From the NCBI GenBank assembly GCA_944363645.1, contig CALVUR010000005.1:31273-95272 (forward strand): 64,000 bases of DNA, written 5' to 3'. Every line of letters begins with the position of its first letter. Within the stretch, counting starts at the first letter, position 1. Shown in pieces: positions 26,678-35,616 of this stretch. The translations under genes were made by a program, and so were the position numbers. The notes under the pieces were generated by a model. The model worked only from the letters and a program-made list of their open reading frames with translations, had not been told where the DNA came from and ran no database searches. The stretch is from an uncultured Clostridia bacterium. Its GTDB lineage: Bacteria; Bacillota; Clostridia; Christensenellales; Borkfalkiaceae.

Positions 26678-29038
26678 TTATGCTGGGATATATTGTGCAG
26701 AGCCTAAAATTGCAGCAAAGTAAGGTGCATTGCTTGCTTGAGACATACTACCTGCTGACATATAAACTGCAAGTTTATCGTGTGTATCTCTTGCCCAACT
26801 TACACCATCGGTTGCTGGGTTAAATGGTTGCATACCTGTTGCGCCTAATGTATAAAGGCTTGTCATGTCAGTAAACATCTTTAATTCGCCTGTTTGGAAA
26901 ATTGGTGGGAAGTTTACTGCGTTGCCACCTTGAGCGGCTGTAAGTGTTTGAACATAATTGTTTTGAACATTAAATTGTTCAACTACATTACCATTTTCGT
27001 CAACAGTTTTATAAGTACCACGAACATAAACTAAACCGCTGTTTGAACCGGTGAATAAGTCATTTGGTTCACAAATCATAGCAGCAATTACGTTTACATA
27101 TTGTAAACCGGTTGCACCGTTTGTGTAAGGAACCATATTACCATTGCTATCTTTTACAAAACGAACGGTTTTATAAACATTGTTAAGAATGCCAGCATCC
27201 ATTTGACCTGTGATAGCATTGATAAGTGCTTGTGCATTGTATAATCTGTACCAACTTTCGTTACCGGTAGCGTATGCTTCTAACCTTGATTTTGTATCAA
27301 CAGTGATTGATGGACCGCCAACGTCGGAAGTAGGTTTAGCGGTTGATGTACCATCACAAAGGATGAATAAAGGACCGCCTGAACCGATAAGTTCGCTGTT
27401 TTTGATATCAACTGTTGCACGCCATAAGTAGAACATGTTGCTGTATGAGTTATAGAACTTAATAGAATTTGCGTTAAAGCCTGTTGAACCGTAAGAGTCG
27501 CAAGTAACGTTTGTATAGAAACTGTTGCAAATTACGTTGTTGATATTTACATCATTACCGAAGCAGTTTAACATATTTAAACCTGCTGGAACTAAATCTT
27601 CAGTATCTTGTTGAGCGGTGTTACCGGATAAAGCGATGTTTTTGATTGTAAACTTAACTTGTTCGCCTTCTTTTACACTTTGATACATTTGGAAAACTTG
27701 CCAGTGAGGAGTTGGGTTTGCCCTATTTTTTGCTGGTTCGTAATCTAAAACGCTGAATAAGTTTCTGCCACCTTTAGAAGCGGTTTTTGGTGTTGTAATA
27801 TCGTTGTAGTTACCAGAAACGCTAACTTTTGAAGAACTGAAGAAGGCTTTTTGCATGTTGACATAAATGCCGATTTGTGGTGCTTGACCATCTTTTAAGT
27901 TCATAATCTTAAATTGAACGTTGTTGCCGATACCATCACGCAATGAGCCAATAAGTTTATCTTGGAAGCCTTGAACACCTGCTAATGCGTCGTAAGCGGT
28001 TTTATAACCTTCAGTTTCTTCTGTCCAGAAGAAGTATGATGGTAATAAGTCAGCATCAAGTTCAAAACTTGTGTGTAAAATTACCCAATCAATATTGCCA
28101 ACATATTCGCATAATGGCTTATCGTCTGCTTCTAATTTAAGTGAATCTTCCCTTGCGGTTAAATTGAAGTTTTCGTCAATGTCGCACTTCCAAATTTCTG
28201 TCCAACGGCTTGAAGTTAAGTCGTTCATAACAGATAAACCGATTTGGTCGTAAACATTGTAACCGCCGTCCACAACTATACATTCAAATGAAAGCGTTCT
28301 GTATTCTTCGTCCATGCTGGAAACATCATAAGCCGTTTCGTCTAAAGAGATTTCAACCTTATAATATTTGCCTGCGCTTTCTTTTGTGAATTGATAAGTG
28401 TTGTCGTTTATTGCAACAATACCTTCTAAATCGGTATCAGGTACTAACTTATATTCGCCATCAACAGTAAGTTTTTCATAAACCTTTACTGTGGTTTGTG
28501 GGTTATCGATAGTAACAATACCTGTATCGGTAATAGCAGTTGCTGTTGGGCGGAAGATGAGCTTATTTACGTTACCAACTTCATATGTTTCCCCGGTAAT
28601 ACGATAGTCAGCCCTTGTTTCAACTTCTGTTTCAGCCCTATCAGCTGAACTGATTAAATATTCTGCATAAAATGTTGGTAAACTAAAAGCAGAAATTAAA
28701 TCAGGTACTTTGTTTACGGTGATTTCAACTGTATCAGTTAATCCGCCGTAAGCGACAACATAATAAGTTTGACCTACTTCTTCTAAATTTGCTCTTTCCA
28801 TAACTTCGAGATCAAGGTCTTTTAAAGTACCTTGTTTAGTTGTGCCGTCTTCATAAGTAATCTTAATTTGAAGGTTGTCATAGTCAATAGTATCATTTTG
28901 AAAATACTCTGTAACAGGATTAACAACTTCAATAGATGTTGCTGGTGAAGACATAACATCGTTACAGCCAACAAGTACTGTAAAACTTACGCCAACACAA
29001 AGCAAAACACACATTAAAATAGTAATTGCTTTTTTCAT
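26678..29038 (-). CDS. Large surface lipoprotein (N-terminal Ig-like domain, beta-helix-like body), unknown function
   Basis: Signal peptide with lipobox LVGC. An Ig-like segment (IEVVNPVTEYFQNDTIDYDNLQIKITYEDGT). The rest is N/G/T/Y-rich and beta-rich. Confidence 0.75.
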   Translation of the reverse strand: MKKAITILMCVLLCVGVSFTVLVGCNDVMSSPATSIEVVNPVTEYFQNDTIDYDNLQIKITYEDGTTKQGTLKDLDLEVMERANLEEVGQTYYVVAYGGLTDTVEITVNKVPDLISAFSLPTFYAEYLISSADRAETEVETRADYRITGETYEVGNVNKLIFRPTATAITDTGIVTIDNPQTTVKVYEKLTVDGEYKLVPDTDLEGIVAINDNTYQFTKESAGKYYKVEISLDETAYDVSSMDEEYRTLSFECIVVDGGYNVYDQIGLSVMNDLTSSRWTEIWKCDIDENFNLTAREDSLKLEADDKPLCEYVGNIDWVILHTSFELDADLLPSYFFWTEETEGYKTAYDALAGVQGFQDKLIGSLRDGIGNNVQFKIMNLKDGQAPQIGIYVNMQKAFFSSSKVSVSGNYNDITTPKTASKGGRNLFSVLDYEPAKNRANPTPHWQVFQMYQSVKEGEQVKFTIKNIALSGNTAQQDTEDLVPAGLNMLNCFGNDVNINNVICNSFYTNVTCDSYGSTGFNANSIKFYNSYSNMFYLWRATVDIKNSELIGSGGPLFILCDGTSTAKPTSDVGGPSITVDTKSRLEAYATGNESWYRLYNAQALINAITGQMDAGILNNVYKTVRFVKDSNGNMVPYTNGATGLQYVNVIAAMICEPNDLFTGSNSGLVYVRGTYKTVDENGNVVEQFNVQNNYVQTLTAAQGGNAVNFPPIFQTGELKMFTDMTSLYTLGATGMQPFNPATDGVSWARDTHDKLAVYMSAGSMSQASNAPYFAAILGSAQYIPA

Positions 29039-29075
29039 TTTTTACTCCTATGAAAATTTATTATAAAAAATTTTT

Positions 29076-29504
29076 TTACCTTAAATAAATCCAAAAGTCC
29101 ATACTTGGACCTGTTGCGTTATCGGTAGCCCTATACTTAATATGCACGCTACCCCTTTTTGTAAACACAATCTCACCACGGTCGGTTAAGATTGCAGGCG
29201 GGTTTGCAGGCTCTACAATAACAATTTTTACATCTTTATATGTGCAATCGGCTGGGGTTAAGTTATAGTTTACCATTACGGTAAGCCCTTCAACATACTT
29301 TGTAACAACATAATAAGTGTTTGGCTCGCTTTCATGTTTTTGAATATTAAGTTCTTCACCAGAAGATGTAACTGCCGAAACGGGCGTTATCTGCTGGCAA
29401 TAAACTATTTCTTCAAAAGGTACTGCTTTCATACCGAATATACCAACCACTAAAATAGAGCCTAAATATACAACTAATAAAACTAATATCGTCGATTTCT
29501 TCAT
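29076..29504 (-). CDS. Small exported/anchored beta-rich protein
   Basis: Start at ATG 29504 (GGAG SD inside the upstream gene end). N-terminal TM/signal MKKSTILVLLVVYLGSILVVGIFG. Confidence 0.6.
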   Translation of the reverse strand: MKKSTILVLLVVYLGSILVVGIFGMKAVPFEEIVYCQQITPVSAVTSSGEELNIQKHESEPNTYYVVTKYVEGLTVMVNYNLTPADCTYKDVKIVIVEPANPPAILTDRGEIVFTKRGSVHIKYRATDNATGPSMDFWIYLR

Positions 29505-29508
29505 ATAT

Positions 29509-31161
29509 TTAGTTCTCCACAAAGTAAAGTTTTGAGCGCATTATGAATAAGTACAACCTAAACGCAGTAAATAGTAAAGTTAAAACTAAAATTACTATTA
29601 GCGAACGCATTGTTCCCCTGTCAGAGAAAAAGTAATATAATGCGGTCAGTAAAATTGATATTAAAAAGCCGATTATTGTTGCATTTCTTTCGTTTGGGCT
29701 GTCAAACTGTAAGCCAACTGTGGCATACTGGTCAGCGTAAGAGTGCATTATATCAAGTTCTGCACACCAAATAAGGTGTGAAAAAGCAATAAATGCGGTG
29801 ATTACACCCATTAAAATAATTTCATTAACCGATGAGTTAGTAACTGTGATATATGAAGTTACTGCACCAATAACTGATAATAAAATTACGACAATTCTTA
29901 TACTGATTCTACCAAACAAAACGTGAATTGGGTTAAGTGGTCTTGTTTTTAAAAGATTTCTTGCTGCGCCTTCACGACTGTAGATTGTTGCGTACTCATT
30001 ATTAAAGGAAACAAGGATGAGTAACATTACCAAAAAGTTGAAGGCTTTTGTCATAGTCTGCCCCATGTGGTTTGTGTTCATGGATGCATAAACTTTGTTG
30101 AGTAACAAAATTGCGATTGCGGGAAGCACAAGACCGATAAGGGTGCTTACGATAAAGCGTGTACTACGTAAATTCATTACTAAGCTTTCCATATACGGTG
30201 AATGAACTTTTTTGTGTACACGGTTTTTTTGTGGCTTTACAGAAACCTTTTCAAACTCAAATTGGCGTGATGCCATTTTGATAAACATTGGTTTTGCAAG
30301 TAGGAAAGATATTGTAAAAAGTATTGCCAAAATACCGATAAACACAAACGTTATAATCAACGTATCCAAACCAAAAAGCGTGGTGTAAATACGCAATGTA
30401 CCGCCAACCATCATTTTTGTTATAAAATAGAATGGCTCAAAAAAGTTGGAAAATTTAGTTAAGAAGTTTTGAATTGATAAAAAGATTGTACCCCACTGCC
30501 CCATGATGTTGATATTTTCAGGAATTTTGTTGATTACTTCAACAAGCCCCCAACTTATTAAACCAACAGCCAAAAGTATTAGGAAAAACTGCAAAAATTT
30601 GTAGTTTTTGATAAAAGTAATAATGTAGAATGTGGGAATACTTAATACAGCCCCCAAGCAAACGGGTAACATTGATACTATGAAAAAGCAGAAGATAAGC
30701 CAAATATAGTAGTACCAAACTGCGCCGTTTATTATGCCGTAAGCCAAAAATACGGGCAATGTGAAGGCTAAATTTTTCTTTAACTCAAATAAGAAGTAAA
30801 CTAATAATTTAGATAAATAAATTGTTGATGACGGGGCTGGCATTGTAAGTAATATCTTGTTGTCAGCCGTCATATAAAGTACGTTTACAAGCCCTACGGT
30901 GCAAGTGATTATTGATAAAAGTTGTATTAAAACGAAAATTACGTTTACAACAGTATCAGGGATAATACCTGCCGGGCGGAAAATTGAAAGTAGGTTGCAG
31001 ATAAAAAACAATAGATAAAATACGCCTGTTATTATGACGAATTTTATAATGCTTACAACCACCTTAATTATAAGGCTACGTTTAGAATGCAAAAATGATA
31101 AATCAATTTTGTCCTTTAACTGCATGCCCACAAGGGATCTTAACTTGGCAAATGCTTTCAT
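29509..31161 (-). CDS. Polytopic membrane protein, probable ABC exporter permease partner
   Basis: Start at ATG 31161 (AAGGGG SD), 10 nt after the ABC gene stop. ~12 predicted TM helices. The N-terminus MKAFAKLRSLVGMQLKDKI is typical of putative ABC-exporter permeases. Confidence 0.65.
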   Translation of the reverse strand: MKAFAKLRSLVGMQLKDKIDLSFLHSKRSLIIKVVVSIIKFVIITGVFYLLFFICNLLSIFRPAGIIPDTVVNVIFVLIQLLSIITCTVGLVNVLYMTADNKILLTMPAPSSTIYLSKLLVYFLFELKKNLAFTLPVFLAYGIINGAVWYYYIWLIFCFFIVSMLPVCLGAVLSIPTFYIITFIKNYKFLQFFLILLAVGLISWGLVEVINKIPENINIMGQWGTIFLSIQNFLTKFSNFFEPFYFITKMMVGGTLRIYTTLFGLDTLIITFVFIGILAILFTISFLLAKPMFIKMASRQFEFEKVSVKPQKNRVHKKVHSPYMESLVMNLRSTRFIVSTLIGLVLPAIAILLLNKVYASMNTNHMGQTMTKAFNFLVMLLILVSFNNEYATIYSREGAARNLLKTRPLNPIHVLFGRISIRIVVILLSVIGAVTSYITVTNSSVNEIILMGVITAFIAFSHLIWCAELDIMHSYADQYATVGLQFDSPNERNATIIGFLISILLTALYYFFSDRGTMRSLIVILVLTLLFTAFRLYLFIMRSKLYFVEN

Positions 31162-31171
31162 TTTACACCCC

Positions 31172-33391
31172 TTATTCAACCTTGATTGGCGCAACTTCAC
31201 TGCCGTTGATGGTTTGCATGTAAAATGCTTCTAAACTTTCGCCGTTTTGTTCCATTTCGTGTACGTCTTTAACGCACTGAATTTGTCCCTTTCTGATAAT
31301 AGCAATTTTATCACAAATACGCTCTACAACATCGATAATATGACTTGAGAAAAATACAATGTTGCCTTCTTTTGCGTGTTGTTTCATGCATTCCTTTACC
31401 TGGAAAATGCTGTTAGGATCTAAACCTGTTAAAGGCTCATCTAATATCCAAACTTTGGGGTTATGGATAAGTGCCGACATAATTGTAACTTTTTGTTTCA
31501 TGCCGTGCGAATATGTTTTAATTGGGTTATCAATGGCAGATTCAAATTCAAACAATTTGATAAATCTGTTTAACCTTTCGTCCCGGTCTTGTTGGGAAAC
31601 TTCGTATAAATCGGCAATATAGTTTATATATTCCCTTGCGGTCAATTTTTCGTAAAGTGCGTAATGGTCTGGCACAAAGCCGATTTGCATTTTTGCTTGT
31701 ACACTTTGAGTTTTTACATCATAACCACAAACTTCGATTGAACCGCTTGTAATCGTTTGAATGCCAACAATGCTTTTAATAATCGTAGACTTACCCGCAC
31801 CATTAGGACCTAAGAACCCATAAATTTCCCCACCAACAACTTCTAAATTGGCGTCTTTTACAGCGTAAACATCAGATTTTCCGTAACGCTTTGTGAAGTT
31901 TTTAAGCACAAGTTTGTTTGTGTTTTCCATAGAAACAGGTTCTCCCATACTTCTTCCGTTTAATCTTGATTGTGTAGCGAGTAAATCAACTTTGATTTTT
32001 TTGTTGCGGAATGCGATATCTTGCCAACCTGAAATTACATTGTAACCGAGTTCGTAGATAAACCACATACCAAATGCCGCAGCAAAGTATACAAAGAAAA
32101 AGATAAGTTGGTATAAGTAGTAAAATTTAAAGTGTAAATCCCCTATGTCAAATTCCAAAACAAACTTCATAAGCCCTATACCAAAAGAGCCGAATTTGTC
32201 GGGGATAAAATCGTTGTTTAAAAAGAAATAGTTTACTGTTGGATCGTAATTTGTAAACCATGCATTTATAACGAGCATCAATATAAAGTAAACCACGAAA
32301 GCACACATACTGTACTTAAATTCTTTTAAGCGTGGTCTATTAAATATGCCAAGCCCTACGACAAGTAGTGGCATAAAGAATGCTTGATAGTGCGATAAAT
32401 AGAATGCGCAAATGTCAGTTGAAAGTATAAGCGCATCGCCTGTATCTGGCATTGTAAGTGCTAAAAATGCACCCAAAACATTGATAAAATAGGTAAAGTA
32501 GAAAAGTTTTTTCCACTTGAATGTCAAACAAAGTGGTGTAACATATAACGCTGTGTTGCACAAGTGTAGCGGAAGCGTTACTACCCAGCCCGGACCGAAA
32601 AAGTTGGCAAACTTATGTGTGAATGAAAACATTATAAGTGCTGACCAACTGTAATAAAGCATTGAAAAACGCCTTACGTCATCGGACTTAGAGTGTAAAA
32701 GTAAGTATAAAACGATTGGAATGATTACCGCTGGATAGATAAGCATCCTATGATAAAAATTCAAATCGATGGGCTTCATTGCGTATTCGGTTGCGTCAAA
32801 CATGATTTTTGGAAAATATGGTTGAATACTTGCCAAAACCATACCAACAACTGCCAAAGCAAAATAAAGCCATTCTTTATTTTTCAAAATTACCTTTTTG
32901 TAATTTGTAATCGTGTAAATTGCCGATAAGCCTAAGCCTAAGCCCGTTTCGATTGTTAAAAGCAAACTTACAACATTAAAACTTTGAAGTGAGTTTTCGC
33001 CCACTATCGCATTTGCATAATTGAATAAGCAAGCGTAATTTAATAAAAATGTTGGAAGTGCAACGAACGCAACAAGCGAGTAAAGCGTTTTAAAATTGAA
33101 AAATGGTGCTAAAATAATAAGCATTATCGCACAAAATGAAAGCCAAACTTGGATAAAACCTAAAATAACCTTCCCTTTTGTGTTTAAACTTGGAATTGTT
33201 GACCAAAAGTTCACCTTACTTATATCTTCAGTACCGAGCATAAAGCGGAAGAAAAACACGCCTATTATTAAGCAAGATAACACTTTGAAGTAAATATTTA
33301 ATTTTTGACTTTGCTTACGGGCAATAACTACCCCTAAAATTGCCAAAATGACGGCGATTACGCCACCTAAGGCATAGTAAAAATAGGTCAT
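31172..33391 (-). CDS. Fusion: large LHLC-motif membrane domain (TIGR02206/YwaF-like) + ABC transporter ATPase
   Basis: Start at ATG 33391. ~480 aa of TM helices containing TLPLHLCNTALYV, then Walker A GPNGAGKST, signature YSHGMKQK, and Walker B WILDEPLTGLD. Confidence 0.8.
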   Translation of the reverse strand: MTYFYYALGGVIAVILAILGVVIARKQSQKLNIYFKVLSCLIIGVFFFRFMLGTEDISKVNFWSTIPSLNTKGKVILGFIQVWLSFCAIMLIILAPFFNFKTLYSLVAFVALPTFLLNYACLFNYANAIVGENSLQSFNVVSLLLTIETGLGLGLSAIYTITNYKKVILKNKEWLYFALAVVGMVLASIQPYFPKIMFDATEYAMKPIDLNFYHRMLIYPAVIIPIVLYLLLHSKSDDVRRFSMLYYSWSALIMFSFTHKFANFFGPGWVVTLPLHLCNTALYVTPLCLTFKWKKLFYFTYFINVLGAFLALTMPDTGDALILSTDICAFYLSHYQAFFMPLLVVGLGIFNRPRLKEFKYSMCAFVVYFILMLVINAWFTNYDPTVNYFFLNNDFIPDKFGSFGIGLMKFVLEFDIGDLHFKFYYLYQLIFFFVYFAAAFGMWFIYELGYNVISGWQDIAFRNKKIKVDLLATQSRLNGRSMGEPVSMENTNKLVLKNFTKRYGKSDVYAVKDANLEVVGGEIYGFLGPNGAGKSTIIKSIVGIQTITSGSIEVCGYDVKTQSVQAKMQIGFVPDHYALYEKLTAREYINYIADLYEVSQQDRDERLNRFIKLFEFESAIDNPIKTYSHGMKQKVTIMSALIHNPKVWILDEPLTGLDPNSIFQVKECMKQHAKEGNIVFFSSHIIDVVERICDKIAIIRKGQIQCVKDVHEMEQNGESLEAFYMQTINGSEVAPIKVE

Positions 33392-33817
33392 GATTTTTCC
33401 TTTTGAATTGTTTTTTATCTGCCTACAAAACAATTTAATTTAAGCAACAAATGTGCTAAATTAGTATTTATTTTATTCTAAAAACAACTACTTCCTACAT
33501 ATATATATACTTTAATATATAAATGCGTTTGAAAATATCTAAAAATTTTTGAAAAATTTTTTGTTTGTTTAACACCTTTATATCACAGTAAGCACACATT
33601 AAGGCGAAAAAAAAGAGTTTTACGCTTTTTTATTTTGTAATATTTTCAATATTTTGCCAATATTTTTACAATTTATACACATGTGCATACATTAAAACAT
33701 AGAGTATTATATAGGTATTTAAGATAAAAGTCAATAAAAATAGGCATTAAGTTACTCAACTATTGGTTGAGTTTGTAATTTTAATCAAAAACAAGGTATT
33801 TTCCCCTATTATCACAT

Positions 33818-33848
33818 AAAAAAGGCGTGCCAAATTTAGCACGCCTTT
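33818..33848 (-). terminator. Terminator after hydA
   Basis: AAAGGCGTGC-loop-GCACGCCTTT plus a U-run on the minus strand. Confidence 0.75.
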
Positions 33849-33870
33849 GATTTTTAGTTTAATTTGTAAA

Positions 33871-35604
33871 CTAATATTTCTTTCTTGCGACATATGAAGT
33901 GTGTAAAACTTTATGCGCTTCATGACTGCCGGGTTTACCTAAATATTCGCCATAGATTGCCTTAATAACAGGGCTTTCATGACTCTTTCTTAAAGCAGTC
34001 TTATCATCGATATCGTATAAAACTTTTGCCCTTAATGCTTGAACATCTACTGTTCTTCTTGTGTAAGCGTCAACTATTGGTTGACCACCACCATTTACAC
34101 AACCGCCTGGACAAGCCATGATTTCGATAAATTGATATGGTGAAGTACCATTTTTGATCTGGTCGCAAAGTACCCTTGCATTTTCTAAACCGGATGCAAC
34201 GGCAACTTTAACCTCGAGATCGCCAACCTTATAACTTGCTTCTTTAATACCCTTTGTGCCTCTAACTTCGGTAAATTCAGGATTTTTCAACTCTTTACCC
34301 GTTAAAGTTTCAACAGCGGTACGAAGTGCTGCTTCCATAACGCCACCGGTTGCACCAAAGATAACACCTGCGCCTGTGTAGTCGCCTAATGGGTTATCAA
34401 ATTGTGCATCTTCGATTTCGTTGAACAAAATACCAGCACGTTTAATCATTCTTGCAAGTTCCCTTGTGGTGATAGCAGCATCGATATCTGGATAGCCTGC
34501 TGCATCTTGGTCATCACGGGTTTTTTCAAACTTTTTAGCAACGCATGGCATAACTGAAACAACATAGATGTTTTCAGGATCAATACCCATCTTGTTTGCG
34601 TAATAAGTTTTAACGATTGCACCAAACATTTGTTGTGGTGATTTGCAAGTTGAAAGGTTTGGAATTAAATCGGGATAATAATATTCTAAAAATCTTACCC
34701 AGCCTGGTGAACAACTTGTAATCATAGGAAGTGTGCCACCGTTTTGGATTCTTTCAACCAATTCGTTTGCTTCTTCTAAAATTGTAAGGTCTGCAGTTAC
34801 GTTTACGTCGAATACCTTATCGAAGTTGAGCATCTTTAATGCTTTAACCATCTTGCCTTCAACATTTGTGCCGATAGGATAGCCAAATTCTTCGCCAAGA
34901 CCAGCCCTTACGGAAGGTGCAACACCAGCAATAACAACCTTATCAGGATCGGCAATAGCCTTTAATACCTTGTCGATTTCGCTCTTTTCAGTTAATGCGC
35001 CTGTTGGGCAAACATTGATACATTGACCGCAACCAGAACATGGTGTTTGATCTAAAGTATCGCCAAAAGCATGACCAATATGGGTAACAAAGCCACGACC
35101 TAAAGCATTGATTACACCGCAGTGTTGAACTTTGTTACAAACGGCAACACATCTTCTGCAAAGAATACATTTTTCGTTATCACGGATGAGGTAATCTGTA
35201 CTAAAATCTGGTTCTGATTTGTTTTCTACGCCCTTATAAAATGCGGCATCGCAACCATATTCATAAGCCAAAGTTTGAAGTTCGCAGTGAAGGTTTCTAT
35301 CACATGACAAACATTCTTTTTTGTGGTTAGAAAGTAAAAGTTCAATAGTAGTCTTTCTTGATTCACGAATTTTAGGCGTATCGGTAAATACTTCCATACC
35401 TTCGCTTACCGGGTAAACGCAAGCAGCGCAGAAGCCCCTTGCCCCTTTTACTTCTACAACGCAAACACGGCAAGCACCGATTGCGTTTATATCTTTCATG
35501 TAGCAAAGTGTAGGAATTTTAATACCTGCAACTCTTGCTGCTTCCAAAATAGTTGTTCCTTCTGGAACACTTACGGGAATATTATTTATCTTTAAATTTA
35601 CCAT
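33871..35604 (-). CDS. hydA: [FeFe]-hydrogenase catalytic subunit HydA (M3-type, CpI-collinear)
   Basis: Start at ATG 35604 (AGGTGG SD). N-terminal 2Fe-2S, His-ligated and 2x4Fe-4S modules. H-cluster L2 is MPCVAKKFE and L3 is EIMACPGGCVNGGGQP. L1 reads TSCSPGW. Confidence 0.9.
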   Translation of the reverse strand: MVNLKINNIPVSVPEGTTILEAARVAGIKIPTLCYMKDINAIGACRVCVVEVKGARGFCAACVYPVSEGMEVFTDTPKIRESRKTTIELLLSNHKKECLSCDRNLHCELQTLAYEYGCDAAFYKGVENKSEPDFSTDYLIRDNEKCILCRRCVAVCNKVQHCGVINALGRGFVTHIGHAFGDTLDQTPCSGCGQCINVCPTGALTEKSEIDKVLKAIADPDKVVIAGVAPSVRAGLGEEFGYPIGTNVEGKMVKALKMLNFDKVFDVNVTADLTILEEANELVERIQNGGTLPMITSCSPGWVRFLEYYYPDLIPNLSTCKSPQQMFGAIVKTYYANKMGIDPENIYVVSVMPCVAKKFEKTRDDQDAAGYPDIDAAITTRELARMIKRAGILFNEIEDAQFDNPLGDYTGAGVIFGATGGVMEAALRTAVETLTGKELKNPEFTEVRGTKGIKEASYKVGDLEVKVAVASGLENARVLCDQIKNGTSPYQFIEIMACPGGCVNGGGQPIVDAYTRRTVDVQALRAKVLYDIDDKTALRKSHESPVIKAIYGEYLGKPGSHEAHKVLHTSYVARKKY

Positions 35605-35616
35605 AATTACCACCTA

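Noticed and set aside
26678-33433. ABC/lipoprotein block as a mobile island or defence locus
   Set aside because: I saw no integrase, transposase, flanking direct repeats or nuclease/NTPase defence-type domains. The adjacent tRNA-Trp is intact with no duplicated 3' end. I treat it as an accessory envelope operon only.
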